Below are positions 17,196 to 26,281 of a stretch of DNA of 30,877 nt, piece by piece. The notes beneath the pieces are model-generated. The model ran no database searches, was not told the DNA's origin, and saw only the letters and a program-made list of their open reading frames with translations. The DNA is from a virus (Duplodnaviria > Caudoviricetes), in IMG/VR virus record IMGVR_UViG_3300025276_000133, positions 1 through 30,877 of that record; one strand, 5' to 3'. Position 1 is the stretch's first letter; the number at the start of each line of letters is the position of its first letter. A program made the position numbers and the translations under genes.

Positions 17196-17584
17196 TCAAA
17201 ATCAACTATTTCTATCCAGACACCTGGATTTTGTTTATCATATTTATATTTTTCAAATGCCGGTATTATAAATTCAGCATTATCATCTTCAATCCATCCA
17301 TATTTAACCATATCATCTTGCACTGTTTGCGCAGGATTTATATAATCAAACTTATGACGGCTACCTCTGATAAATTCAAAAGATATCTTTACTGGTAGTT
17401 CACGTGTTTTTAATGCTTCTTTAAAATCTTTAGTGTAACTTAAATAAATATCTTTTGTAGCTTTTCTATAATTCATAGTTGCTTTACTAGCTATAAAGTA
17501 TTTACCTGTCCAACGTCTTCCGTTTTTACTTGAAGGTACATTGCCAGGAATCCACCAACGCATTACTTCTTTTATTTTACCCAT
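17192..17584 (-). CDS. RusA-like Holliday junction resolvase
   Basis: PGNVPSSKN N-terminal motif; DYIN...VQDDM...WIEDDN acidic catalytic pattern. Confidence 0.75.
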   Translation of the reverse strand: MGKIKEVMRWWIPGNVPSSKNGRRWTGKYFIASKATMNYRKATKDIYLSYTKDFKEALKTRELPVKISFEFIRGSRHKFDYINPAQTVQDDMVKYGWIEDDNAEFIIPAFEKYKYDKQNPGVWIEIVDFE

Positions 17585-17585
17585 G

Positions 17586-18563
17586 TTATTTATTTAATGT
17601 TTGTTTTAATAATGGTTTTAGCATTGCGTGGACTTTATCAAAACCATGTAACTTCATAGCATCTGATATGTCTTTACATATAGTTGGTACAAAACCATTG
17701 ATTTTATATGCATCAGCATATCTTTCCATAGCTTTAAGGCCAGCTTCATCATTATCAAATAAGGTTATTACTCTTTTATATTTCTTCTTTAGGTACTGTA
17801 TTACATGTGGTTTTATCATTGTATTCTCTGAGTCAGGTGCTATAACTTCTATATTATAACCCATACCTTTTAAACACATTGCGTCTTTTAAAGATGAACA
17901 TATAACTAAGTAAGGTTGATTATATTCTAATTGATCAAGACCTTGTAAGTATTGTTTTACTTTATAAAACTTATGTGATTTACTTTTTGGTTGATAAAAC
18001 TTAAATGGTTTATCATCTTTATCAAAGTATCCAAAACACATTGTACCATTTATCTTTAAGCTCTTTATATCTGACCCATTAGTCTTGATTAAATTATAAT
18101 ATTCTATTGGCTTTACATTATATTTTTCCAATATAGTTTTACCAATTCTATAACTCAACCAATATTCTTGATCTTCTATACTCCAAGCTTTTATCTTAAC
18201 AAAGTCTAGAGACCACTTAGGTTCTGGTACTATAGTTAAGTTTTTATATTCAGATGTTTTTATGTATTTATTATAGTCTGATACTATTTTTCTCATTGCA
18301 TCAGGATATTCTATTTCAAATAGTAATTTTATTAGATCTACTTTATTACCGTTTTTACCAGTTGAGAAATCTTTAAACTTATATTGCATTATGTTCTTAT
18401 CAACATATATACAAAAGCTTGGTGTTTTCTCTGATGGATTAAAGACTGATTTAATCTTTACATCTTGTCCCGTTAAAGTTTCTGATAAATTTAAATAATA
18501 CTGAAATACCCATGTGCTTGGTACATCTGATCCTTCTAATACTAAATTTTTAGTGCTGAACAT
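17586..18563 (-). CDS. dnaG: DNA primase (DnaG-like, TOPRIM), degenerate Zn-binding domain
   Basis: EKTPSF...FKDFSTG (CHC2-like fold without the Cys set), LFDNDEAG (DxD) and KDISD motifs; located near dnaB. Confidence 0.82.
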   Translation of the reverse strand: MFSTKNLVLEGSDVPSTWVFQYYLNLSETLTGQDVKIKSVFNPSEKTPSFCIYVDKNIMQYKFKDFSTGKNGNKVDLIKLLFEIEYPDAMRKIVSDYNKYIKTSEYKNLTIVPEPKWSLDFVKIKAWSIEDQEYWLSYRIGKTILEKYNVKPIEYYNLIKTNGSDIKSLKINGTMCFGYFDKDDKPFKFYQPKSKSHKFYKVKQYLQGLDQLEYNQPYLVICSSLKDAMCLKGMGYNIEVIAPDSENTMIKPHVIQYLKKKYKRVITLFDNDEAGLKAMERYADAYKINGFVPTICKDISDAMKLHGFDKVHAMLKPLLKQTLNK

Positions 18564-18577
18564 AATTCAAAAGTATT

Positions 18578-18611
18578 AAAAAGAAATGGGCTCAGCATTA
18601 TACTAAGCCCA
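18578..18611 (-). terminator. Rho-independent terminator after the SSB-like gene
   Basis: Minus strand reads TGGGCTTAGTA-TAA-TGCTGAGCCCA-TTTCTTTTT; two G-U pairs form only on the minus strand. Confidence 0.75.
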
Positions 18612-18626
18612 ATCTTTTGATTTATA

Positions 18627-19304
18627 TTATAGGTCAAAATCATCACCTACAACAGTAGCTGGTTCAAAGCTATTGTTTGCTGGAGGTGTATCATTTTTTA
18701 CTAATTTTCTTAAATGATTGTTGTTATTAGCATCAAACTTTAAGATTCTATTAGCTTCACTATTTAAAGCTTCAAGAGGTACACCATCTTTACTTCTTTT
18801 AGGTAAAAACAGATCATTGTTTATGTAACCATCTCTGTTCTCCCATTCACGTGCACCAAGACAAGCATTGAAAAATCCAGTGTTAGAGAATAATTTATTA
18901 CACTCTACCATAAATGTTTCTATTGTGTTTGCTTCTATTTTATCTAGTTCAGCTCTTTTACCAAGTGCTTCAGATAAAAATACCATAGATTTTAATACTT
19001 CTGTATCTCTAGATATTTCTGTACCACTTTGTAAAGTAGTATCTTTATATGGGTAAGGGCTAAATCTAACTCTACCCACTTGACCTTCATATTTTGGGCC
19101 ATTTGGATTATCCATATCTTTTAGAAATCCATTAAATTCTCCTGTAATTGGCTCAGATTCTACATGTAATACAATATTATATGCATCTGTATCATATGGC
19201 GTTACATCAAATGATATTGAATTGATTTTGATAACTTGATTACCTGGTTCAATTACTGGTTTTGTTCCACCTGATCCGGCAGACATGTCTTTAGTACTTA
19301 ACAT
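18627..19304 (-). CDS. Putative single-stranded DNA-binding protein (DUF669-like)
   Basis: Follows the AAA_24 ATPase; IEPG...KI..I start, beta-rich core and acidic-aromatic tail GDDFDL. Confidence 0.6.
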   Translation of the reverse strand: MLSTKDMSAGSGGTKPVIEPGNQVIKINSISFDVTPYDTDAYNIVLHVESEPITGEFNGFLKDMDNPNGPKYEGQVGRVRFSPYPYKDTTLQSGTEISRDTEVLKSMVFLSEALGKRAELDKIEANTIETFMVECNKLFSNTGFFNACLGAREWENRDGYINNDLFLPKRSKDGVPLEALNSEANRILKFDANNNNHLRKLVKNDTPPANNSFEPATVVGDDFDL

Positions 19305-19336
19305 AATTTACTTTTTTTTAATTATTAATTTATTAT

Positions 19337-20020
19337 TTATTCTTCATATTTTTGCATGCTCTCTTTAACATACTGTAGGTCATTAGGAATGAAGTTATCC
19401 TCAAACATACCCATTGGTGATTTACATGTGTTCTCTCCATTGTTTTGAGTCTCAAAACCATATTCAAGTTCACCATCATCATTTTTATTTACTTTTCCAA
19501 ATAACACTATAGAAAAGAGGCCTTCCAAAGTTAAAGTATTATCAATCATTTTACCAATTGTTTTAGCCTTGATTTTTCTATTTCCATTTATATCAGTTGA
19601 ATCTTCTGAGTGTGTCAAAAAGATAACAGTTAAATTATCTCTTAGATCTTTAGGCATTTTAGCCACCATGGCTAAGTTAGCTGCAATCTGAGTAAATTTA
19701 TCATAACCTTTTTCATTTGCTCTATCAAAATATTCAAAGGAGCTCATATATTGCCAGTCATCAACTACAATAGTTTTTATGTGATCCATCTTTTGATCTA
19801 CATGATTAATAGCTTTCATAATCCCTGCAGCAGTAGCTGTAGAAGTTAAGTTACCTTTTGGGTTATCTTTACTAATTTGAGTATACAAACTCTTGTACCC
19901 CTTAAATGGTAAAGGTTTATTTGCTATGTTTATAATGAAAGTCTCTTTAGGATCTAGTGTCCTGATTGAGGTAGACTTTCCTGTACCTGAATCTGCAATT
20001 ACTAATACGCTGTTTGCCAT
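19337..20020 (-). CDS. AAA_24 family P-loop ATPase (Sak4-like recombination protein)
   Basis: Walker A ADSGTGKS, Walker B IVVDD, FLTH and CKSPMGMF motifs. Confidence 0.82.
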   Translation of the reverse strand: MANSVLVIADSGTGKSTSIRTLDPKETFIINIANKPLPFKGYKSLYTQISKDNPKGNLTSTATAAGIMKAINHVDQKMDHIKTIVVDDWQYMSSFEYFDRANEKGYDKFTQIAANLAMVAKMPKDLRDNLTVIFLTHSEDSTDINGNRKIKAKTIGKMIDNTLTLEGLFSIVLFGKVNKNDDGELEYGFETQNNGENTCKSPMGMFEDNFIPNDLQYVKESMQKYEE

Positions 20021-20022
20021 GT

Positions 20023-20583
20023 TTATTTAATTAATTTATTGATTACTTTAGTTAATGTTATTATTGATTGATTAATGTCTTCTAATTTATTTACTAATGC
20101 AGACGATGGTGTCTCATCAGGATTAGGTAAGTTAAATAGATCTGTAACTTTACCTAAATCAACAAACTTTTGACCCGGCATATCTTTAGACGTAACATCC
20201 TTAATAACTTTTAATTCACTTACTGGAATCAAATGTCTCTGGAATCCTGAGTTGCTAGTAATTAATTCATATTCTGATTTCCAATGAGGATTGTATTTAT
20301 GTAAATATAATGTTCTTTTAGGATCTTCTGTATCATAATCAATACTTACAAATTCTGTATATATATTTTCATCTTTTTCAAGTTCACTAGGAAAAAAGCT
20401 AACATGTAAGTCATCCTTTCCTTTAGGCCTGTATGCCATTTTAGGTATATATAGTGCATTGGTTATACTTTCTGTTTGAAAATAATCATCATGCTCTTCT
20501 CTTAATGTTGCAACTTTTTTCTTACGTTGCTCTGGTGTTAGTCCCATTTTTTCATTTTTATTAATATTTTTTGTATTTATCAT
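20023..20583 (-). CDS. Hypothetical protein (start may be the second Met, MGLTPEQR)
   Basis: 186-aa ORF, ATGA overlap with dnaB, C-terminal coiled-coil-like segment. Confidence 0.8.
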   Translation of the reverse strand: MINTKNINKNEKMGLTPEQRKKKVATLREEHDDYFQTESITNALYIPKMAYRPKGKDDLHVSFFPSELEKDENIYTEFVSIDYDTEDPKRTLYLHKYNPHWKSEYELITSNSGFQRHLIPVSELKVIKDVTSKDMPGQKFVDLGKVTDLFNLPNPDETPSSALVNKLEDINQSIITLTKVINKLIK

Positions 20584-21536
20584 CTGCGTTCTTGTTGTCC
20601 TGGTGTATTCATTTCTTCAATTTTCATTTGTTCAAACTTTGCTTTAAAGAAACTCATACGTGCATCACCATTTCTGGCTTTCAAAAAATGTAAAACTAAT
20701 GTTCTATCATCTTCTATTATGTATCTATCAGGACCATAGAACCTAATCTTTTGTTTAGCTGGTCTATTTATACCTATTAACATATCTGCATGCTGTAGCA
20801 TTGCATCTGAGCCAAATATATCTGACTCAAGTATATAGTTACCATACTTACCATCTATAGCTCTATCCGGGTTATCTATATTTCTATTCAATTGTGATAG
20901 TGCAATAAATAAACAAGGATAATCACGTTTACATTGTGTAAAGAATTCACCTAACTCAAACATCATATCTAATGTATTATTTTGATATGGTGCTCTCTTT
21001 ACAAGCATAGTATGATCTAAAGTAATCATAGTCTTTGCGCCTTTATGTAATGTCATGTAAGCATCTACTTGCTCACGCATTTGATTCACAGTTAAAGGTG
21101 TACTAATTATGTCTACAGGGTTCTTGACCCTTTCTTTAGCATATTGATGACATGTATTTAATGTTTCATTAGTTAATATTGATCCAGCACTACATAATTC
21201 TTTATAGGTCTTTCCAGTTAAAGAACTAAATTCTCTAATAGCTGAGGTTCTACCTACCATTTCAAATTGAAACTCTAATACTCTAAAATTATCATTAGGG
21301 TTTAGAGCAAAAGATTCTCTTATGATTTGATCTTTAATTAATGTTTTACCTGATCCAGGTCTACCACCAATTACAGTTAGAGTATTCCATTCTAAACCAT
21401 CAGTAGCAGCATCATTAAACTTAGGCCATGGTGTATATATAGATTTCTCTTCACCATTAGATCTAGCTAGCATATATTTTAATGCTTCATTAAATGCGGA
21501 ATATTGTCCTACCCAAGCGTTTTCTGTTTTACCCAT
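20580..21536 (-). CDS. dnaB: Replicative DNA helicase, DnaB C-terminal domain only
   Basis: GGRPGSGKT, FQFEM, ITLDH, ALSQLNR, SD...S..MLQHAD and KARNG motifs; 318 aa, no N-terminal domain. Confidence 0.92.
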   Translation of the reverse strand: MGKTENAWVGQYSAFNEALKYMLARSNGEEKSIYTPWPKFNDAATDGLEWNTLTVIGGRPGSGKTLIKDQIIRESFALNPNDNFRVLEFQFEMVGRTSAIREFSSLTGKTYKELCSAGSILTNETLNTCHQYAKERVKNPVDIISTPLTVNQMREQVDAYMTLHKGAKTMITLDHTMLVKRAPYQNNTLDMMFELGEFFTQCKRDYPCLFIALSQLNRNIDNPDRAIDGKYGNYILESDIFGSDAMLQHADMLIGINRPAKQKIRFYGPDRYIIEDDRTLVLHFLKARNGDARMSFFKAKFEQMKIEEMNTPGQQERR

Positions 21537-21687
21537 TGTCTATTATGTATATAATACTTTCTATATTATCAATGCTATCATTACATGACTTTTTATCTGG
21601 AACCCAAGTTCCATCTCTTAGCATTTGAAAATCTTCAAGTACAAGATTTAATTTATTTAATACTTCTGTTACTTGATTCTCTGTCAT
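21529..21687 (-). CDS. Small hypothetical protein (52 aa)
   Basis: Not in the ORF track; MTENQVTEVLNKLNLVLEDFQMLRDGTWVPDKKSCNDSIDNIESIIYIIDNG; fills the gap with overlaps at both ends. Confidence 0.7.
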   Translation of the reverse strand: MTENQVTEVLNKLNLVLEDFQMLRDGTWVPDKKSCNDSIDNIESIIYIIDNG

Positions 21688-22274
21688 ACTACGTTTTCTT
21701 TAAAATGTTCATCTTCTGTAGATATACCTTCAATACTCATATCACAGTAATCTGCCAGTGTAGAATGTTTAACTCTGTGTTTATCTTGTTTACATATAAA
21801 GTATTGACTTGTTTGCATATACATATACTCTTTGTCTCTATACTCATTAACATACATGCGTGTTGCTTTTATAACATCATCCCATGTATGATCATATGTC
21901 TCAAAGAACCATCTAAATGCATCACTTAATGCTTTAACATTATTCCTTGCTGGTTTACCACTTGGTAGTTTTTTAGCAGGAAATATTTCTCTATAAGTAT
22001 TTATATTATCTATAGAGTTTTTACCCATTAGTGCAATGTCAGTTTTCTTCTTTGCTTTTATAAAGTAATTATCCATTCTAACTATAAAGAGCTTTGCCTT
22101 AGATGTTAGAACAAACTTACTATCTTTTTTTTCTAGATATTCTTCATCAATTAAGTCAAGAACATCTTGTTTACTCATATATGGCAAGGAGACGCCTAGC
22201 TTGATCCCAAATAGTATCTGCAGCTGGTTTGGGGTCATCTTTGATTTTAATATTTTCTGGAACAGTTCCCACAT
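21684..22274 (-). CDS. Putative replication initiator / helicase-loader-like protein (N-terminal winged-helix-like)
   Basis: LIDEEYLE....VLTSKA wing-like motif; C-terminal YREIFP...YVNE...YMQTSQYFI block; sits upstream of dnaB. Confidence 0.5.
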   Translation of the reverse strand: MWELFQKILKSKMTPNQLQILFGIKLGVSLPYMSKQDVLDLIDEEYLEKKDSKFVLTSKAKLFIVRMDNYFIKAKKKTDIALMGKNSIDNINTYREIFPAKKLPSGKPARNNVKALSDAFRWFFETYDHTWDDVIKATRMYVNEYRDKEYMYMQTSQYFICKQDKHRVKHSTLADYCDMSIEGISTEDEHFKENVV

Positions 22275-22689
22275 AATTTTTTAATTCATTAATTATTTTA
22301 TTATATACATCTATTGTAAACATATCTTTAGTATCAATACCATTGCTAACTCTTACACATGAGTTTATAACTGTGGCATGGTTTCTTTTTAGATATATTC
22401 CTATCCTGCTTTTAGTATAACCCATTTTCCAGGCTATAAAACAAAAGTTATGTACATATATCATATATTCTTTACGTCTTGATCTATCTAACAAAGTAGT
22501 GATATGTGAGTACTCTGGAACATCACTATAAAGTGCTGCTAAAGTACATACATGTAAAGTATCTAATGTTATTTTGCTTGAGTCTACAGGAGGTATGAAT
22601 ATATGAAGCTTTCTTCCATACTTTTCATAAAAATGTCTCTTGAAGTCACGTATGTCTATTTTCTGTTCAACTAGTTGGTTTTCAGTCAT
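22171..22689 (-). CDS. Protein with a DnaA domain-IV-like HTH
   Basis: SRRKEY...FIA..MGYTKSRIG..LKRNHATVINS matches the DnaA C-terminal signature (IG..F.RDHTTV). Confidence 0.72.
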   Translation of the reverse strand: MTENQLVEQKIDIRDFKRHFYEKYGRKLHIFIPPVDSSKITLDTLHVCTLAALYSDVPEYSHITTLLDRSRRKEYMIYVHNFCFIAWKMGYTKSRIGIYLKRNHATVINSCVRVSNGIDTKDMFTIDVYNKIINELKNYVGTVPENIKIKDDPKPAADTIWDQARRLLAIYE

Positions 22690-22710
22690 TTAAATAAAAA
22701 TTAAGTTATA

Positions 22711-22741
22711 CAAATATAGTAAATCTTACCATTCTATGCAA
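22711..22741 (-). promoter_or_regulatory. Bacteroidota sigma-A promoter (TTG-N20-TATATTTG) heading the replication operon
   Basis: Exact -7 TAnnTTTG at 22711-22718, TTG at 22739-22741, 21 nt upstream of the ATG at 22689. Confidence 0.72.
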
Positions 22742-23436
22742 GTTTTATCTAGCTTAGTCAGTTCTTCATTTACGTTATTAAACACGTCCTTACAATCCCA
22801 TTGACCACCTCTGTATGCTGCTGATGCAGGGTGTGCTACCTTAAATGTTTTGACATCAGATAGCAATGGTTTCCATTCTTCAGCTTTTCTACCCATTAAT
22901 ATAAATATCACGTCTTTATTATGTCTATTTAAATTATCAAATAAATATTCTGTGAATGATTTCCAAATATTATAATGTGACCCAATTTTGTTTATTTCAA
23001 CTGTCATTGCTGTATTAATTAATAATACGCCTTGATTGGCCCAACGTCTTAAATCACACTCTTCTGGTGTATATATAGCTCTACCTGTCTCAGTAAAATC
23101 ACCTATAGTTTGTTTAAGTATGTACTGCAGGGATTTTTCTGCTTTACCTTTTTTACTACAACTAAATGCTAAACCATCAGCTGATCCTAATTGAGGATAT
23201 GGATCTTGTCCTACTATTACTACTTTAATATCTTTATAAGGGCACTCATAGAATGCATTAAAGATATCTTTGAATTTTGGTGTAAATCTTCTACCAGCAG
23301 TTACATTATCTACTAGCGTATTCATTATATAATCAAAGCTTAAACCATTTATATATGGGGATAACATACGATCCCATCCACTATCTTTTAATTTTTCATT
23401 AAGATTATCTCTTAAATTAGTTATATTGATTTCCAT
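22726..23436 (-). CDS. ung: Uracil-DNA glycosylase, family 1
   Basis: KVVIVGQDPYP, GLAFS, WANQGVLLIN and HPAS motifs. Confidence 0.95.
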   Translation of the reverse strand: MEINITNLRDNLNEKLKDSGWDRMLSPYINGLSFDYIMNTLVDNVTAGRRFTPKFKDIFNAFYECPYKDIKVVIVGQDPYPQLGSADGLAFSCSKKGKAEKSLQYILKQTIGDFTETGRAIYTPEECDLRRWANQGVLLINTAMTVEINKIGSHYNIWKSFTEYLFDNLNRHNKDVIFILMGRKAEEWKPLLSDVKTFKVAHPASAAYRGGQWDCKDVFNNVNEELTKLDKTCIEW

Positions 23437-23481
23437 TATTTTATTATATTATTAGTATATTTACTTATTAAATTACATGCT

Positions 23482-23910
23482 ATGGCCAAGGAACTACAAA
23501 CATTTGATACTTTTGATCCAAATGATATTATTAAAGATATAGAAGTATCTACTGTATATATAACATCTTTACAAAATATCATTACTGATATGATCTATGA
23601 TGAAACTAGAATAGATACTGTAGGTGAAACTTTTTTTAAGTTTGATGAAATTAGAAAACATATAGAATCTAAAGATAAAGATAAAGTGCCTGCTGTTAAG
23701 CTAGATAACTGGGAGAAGAAAGTATATACATTATTTTCTCTTCTTCAGACATTTAAACTTAAAGCTATTAAACAAGGACTTAATCAAACTACTGAAACAT
23801 CCGCAACTGTAGATGATATCAAAGAATTAGGTAAATTATTAATTGATGGAGACTCAGATGGATTATCTAAGCTAGAAGAAATTCAAAGTAAGCTTAAAAT
23901 AGTAAAATAA
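23482..23910 (+). CDS. Hypothetical helical protein on the opposite strand
   Basis: 142-aa ORF exactly filling the gap; divergent from ung with a 45-bp spacer; its stop abuts the stop of 23911. Confidence 0.8.
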   Translation: MAKELQTFDTFDPNDIIKDIEVSTVYITSLQNIITDMIYDETRIDTVGETFFKFDEIRKHIESKDKDKVPAVKLDNWEKKVYTLFSLLQTFKLKAIKQGLNQTTETSATVDDIKELGKLLIDGDSDGLSKLEEIQSKLKIVK

Positions 23911-24294
23911 CTATCTTAATTGCATACCTGCAAAATCCCCTATCTCAAGACAAGCTTGTATAGCTAGATTTAATTCTTCTTTATCACACTTACCAAAAGA
24001 CTTACAGTGCTCTACATTATTTTTAACAAAACAAAGGCCAGCTTTACGTTTGACTTGTAATTTCATTTCTTCAAAAGTATGACCTACTTCACTAGCTATT
24101 TCTCTTATCATAGCATGTACTCTAGCTAGTTGTGGGTTACTACCTTTACCATCTTGAATACCTATAAATAACTCTACACGTGCTCCATCAGGTTGCTCAG
24201 ATATAAATTTATTATACTTTGTTTCATATGCTTTTATAGGAAAGTGCAATTTACCTTCTTTTATTACTGCTTGTACAAATAGTTGATTTCTCAT
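23911..24294 (-). CDS. NinB/Orf-like recombination accessory protein
   Basis: S..QLARVHAMIREIA...G....EMK and S...DKEEL...I pattern. Confidence 0.6.
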   Translation of the reverse strand: MRNQLFVQAVIKEGKLHFPIKAYETKYNKFISEQPDGARVELFIGIQDGKGSNPQLARVHAMIREIASEVGHTFEEMKLQVKRKAGLCFVKNNVEHCKSFGKCDKEELNLAIQACLEIGDFAGMQLR

Positions 24295-24482
24295 TATGTT
24301 ATAATATTATATATCCCATATAAAGATAATACAATACCAAATAATAGTACTATCCAAAAACATCCTTTATATATATTTTCTTCTCTTTCAGGAGATCTCC
24401 CTTGATTACTTCTATATTGTCTAAATGATTCTTTATCTTTTAATTCTTTAGCCTGTCTATGTAATTCAGTATTATTTTTCAT
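24294..24482 (-). CDS. Small membrane protein (C-terminal TM)
   Basis: 62 aa; hydrophobic segment FWIVLLFGIVLSLYGIY. Confidence 0.7.
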   Translation of the reverse strand: MKNNTELHRQAKELKDKESFRQYRSNQGRSPEREENIYKGCFWIVLLFGIVLSLYGIYNIIT

Positions 24483-24485
24483 GAT

Positions 24486-24635
24486 TTATGGTCTTAAATT
24501 ATTTAAATCCCACAATATCCCGTAATCAGGATCATGTGGGTCAACTTCATCAGTACTATGGACTCTTTGACGAAACCATTTACCTTCTATATATTTATAT
24601 GTTTTTCCATTTAATATTTTTATTTCAGTATTCAT
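24486..24635 (-). CDS. Small hypothetical protein (49 aa)
   Basis: Not in the ORF track; MNTEIKILNGKTYKYIEGKWFRQRVHSTDEVDPHDPDYGILWDLNNLRP; TAATG coupling. Confidence 0.7.
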   Translation of the reverse strand: MNTEIKILNGKTYKYIEGKWFRQRVHSTDEVDPHDPDYGILWDLNNLRP

Positions 24636-24895
24636 TAGTGAAACTTTTCAATAATATCATCTGACAAATATGTTGGATTAATTAAATCTAATACATCTAC
24701 TATACTTGTAGATCCCTCATCATTAGTTAATTCACACCATATGTGAACCATTTCTGCTGATGCAGGTGAGCCAGGTGTTCCTGGATCTCCATTAGATTCT
24801 GTATGTACTTCATCTTCTCCCGGATAATAGTAGTATTCTACTTCTACCTCATTACCAAATAACATCATTGGTACTATGTTTATTCTTTCTCCCAT
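24635..24895 (-). CDS. Acidic hypothetical protein
   Basis: 86-aa ORF with EVEYYYYPGE...GDPG.PG motif; TAATG coupling. Confidence 0.75.
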   Translation of the reverse strand: MGERINIVPMMLFGNEVEVEYYYYPGEDEVHTESNGDPGTPGSPASAEMVHIWCELTNDEGSTSIVDVLDLINPTYLSDDIIEKFH

Positions 24896-25158
24896 TATTT
24901 AAATCTTAAAGTGTTATTATCTATATATATAAACTCTTGACCACAACTAGTACATTTTGTTTCAACTTCATTTGTTATAAGGTGTAGACCAAAACAATTT
25001 GGACATGGTGTATCTTCATTTGAATATTCATTTATATATTCTTCTATTGATGTTCTGGCTAATCCATGAATCATTGAATCATGTACGCCTTTATAAAATG
25101 TATTATCTGCTTCTTGTTCTTGTTGACTCTCCATAAAGAGCTCTTTCATTCTTCCCAT
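24895..25158 (-). CDS. Zn-ribbon protein
   Basis: CPNC-x12-CTSC near the C-terminus. Confidence 0.75.
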   Translation of the reverse strand: MGRMKELFMESQQEQEADNTFYKGVHDSMIHGLARTSIEEYINEYSNEDTPCPNCFGLHLITNEVETKCTSCGQEFIYIDNNTLRFK

Positions 25159-25162
25159 AATT

Positions 25163-26281
25163 TTATCTTTCTAAAGGATTAAAATACTTAACTTTTAATT
25201 TATCAAATCCTTTAACTGCATTAGCCACCCATTTTTCATCTTGTGTACCTTTGTACATAAGTATGTGACATGTGGCTGTCTCAGTTGGATTTAATCTTAA
25301 TAATCTTCCTATTCTTTGCGCTGTTTTTCTTTCATTACCATATGCATGCATAATAATCCCGGCTTTAAGCTTAGGAATTGTAACACCTTCTGATAACTGT
25401 AACACACAGGATAGTCTATCTATTCTTCCATCAGAAAATAACTCTAAGTTTTCTTCTGATTTTAAGTTCTTAGAATGATAACTATGCTTACATATTCTGT
25501 CTGCTTGTTTTTGAGTATTAGCAAATACAATGCATTTTGCATTAATATTTTTTACTATACTCTTGACATAGCTCTCTTTACTTGTATAGTCCATTATAGC
25601 ACGCATTCTCATAATTCTACCAAATTGTATTTGCTTATCACTTTGAGCTTCTGCTAATCTAGACGTTGCATAGTTATAATCCTTTTGTTCTGATGTATAC
25701 CAAAATCCACCTGCTTTGTTTTTCTTCTTTAAAGTAGGTAATTTAGAAAGTTCCAACTCATGTATGATAATCTTGTAATCATTCAATATGTTTGACTCAG
25801 TTGCATCATCAACTTTAAATGTATATTTTATTGGACAATACTTTTGAACAAGTCTTCCTTTTTCAGAATCTTTGTCTCTTGGTGGTGTTCCGGTTAATCC
25901 TAGTACTTTACCTTTAAAACTTGATAAAAAAACTTCATGTGATTCCTTTAAACTATGACACTCATCTAAATATACTATATCATAGTTATTAGGGTCTTTC
26001 TTCTTAAGAGATAAGTAAGTAGTGAAAGTAATATGTTTAACTAGAGAAGCTAATCCCATTTTACCTAGTTCATCAATCCAAGATTTAGTAACTGAATGCT
26101 TTGGTACAACCACTAAGACTTCTATAAGTTGGTTAAAGTTCTTCTGTAAGTGTTGTATTGCAATTCTTGTTTTCCCAACACCCATAGATATACCTAAGCC
26201 ACATCTTTTATGTTGTGATGCTATTGCTAATGCATCTGCTTGTACTACACTCCTACTATTAATCTCCATAAGTTGTGCCAT
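25163..26281 (-). CDS. Superfamily 2 DExH helicase (ResIII/UvsW-like)
   Basis: MGVGKT, LDECH, GLTGT, LSEGVTIP and QRIGRLLR motifs. Confidence 0.92.
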   Translation of the reverse strand: MAQLMEINSRSVVQADALAIASQHKRCGLGISMGVGKTRIAIQHLQKNFNQLIEVLVVVPKHSVTKSWIDELGKMGLASLVKHITFTTYLSLKKKDPNNYDIVYLDECHSLKESHEVFLSSFKGKVLGLTGTPPRDKDSEKGRLVQKYCPIKYTFKVDDATESNILNDYKIIIHELELSKLPTLKKKNKAGGFWYTSEQKDYNYATSRLAEAQSDKQIQFGRIMRMRAIMDYTSKESYVKSIVKNINAKCIVFANTQKQADRICKHSYHSKNLKSEENLELFSDGRIDRLSCVLQLSEGVTIPKLKAGIIMHAYGNERKTAQRIGRLLRLNPTETATCHILMYKGTQDEKWVANAVKGFDKLKVKYFNPLER

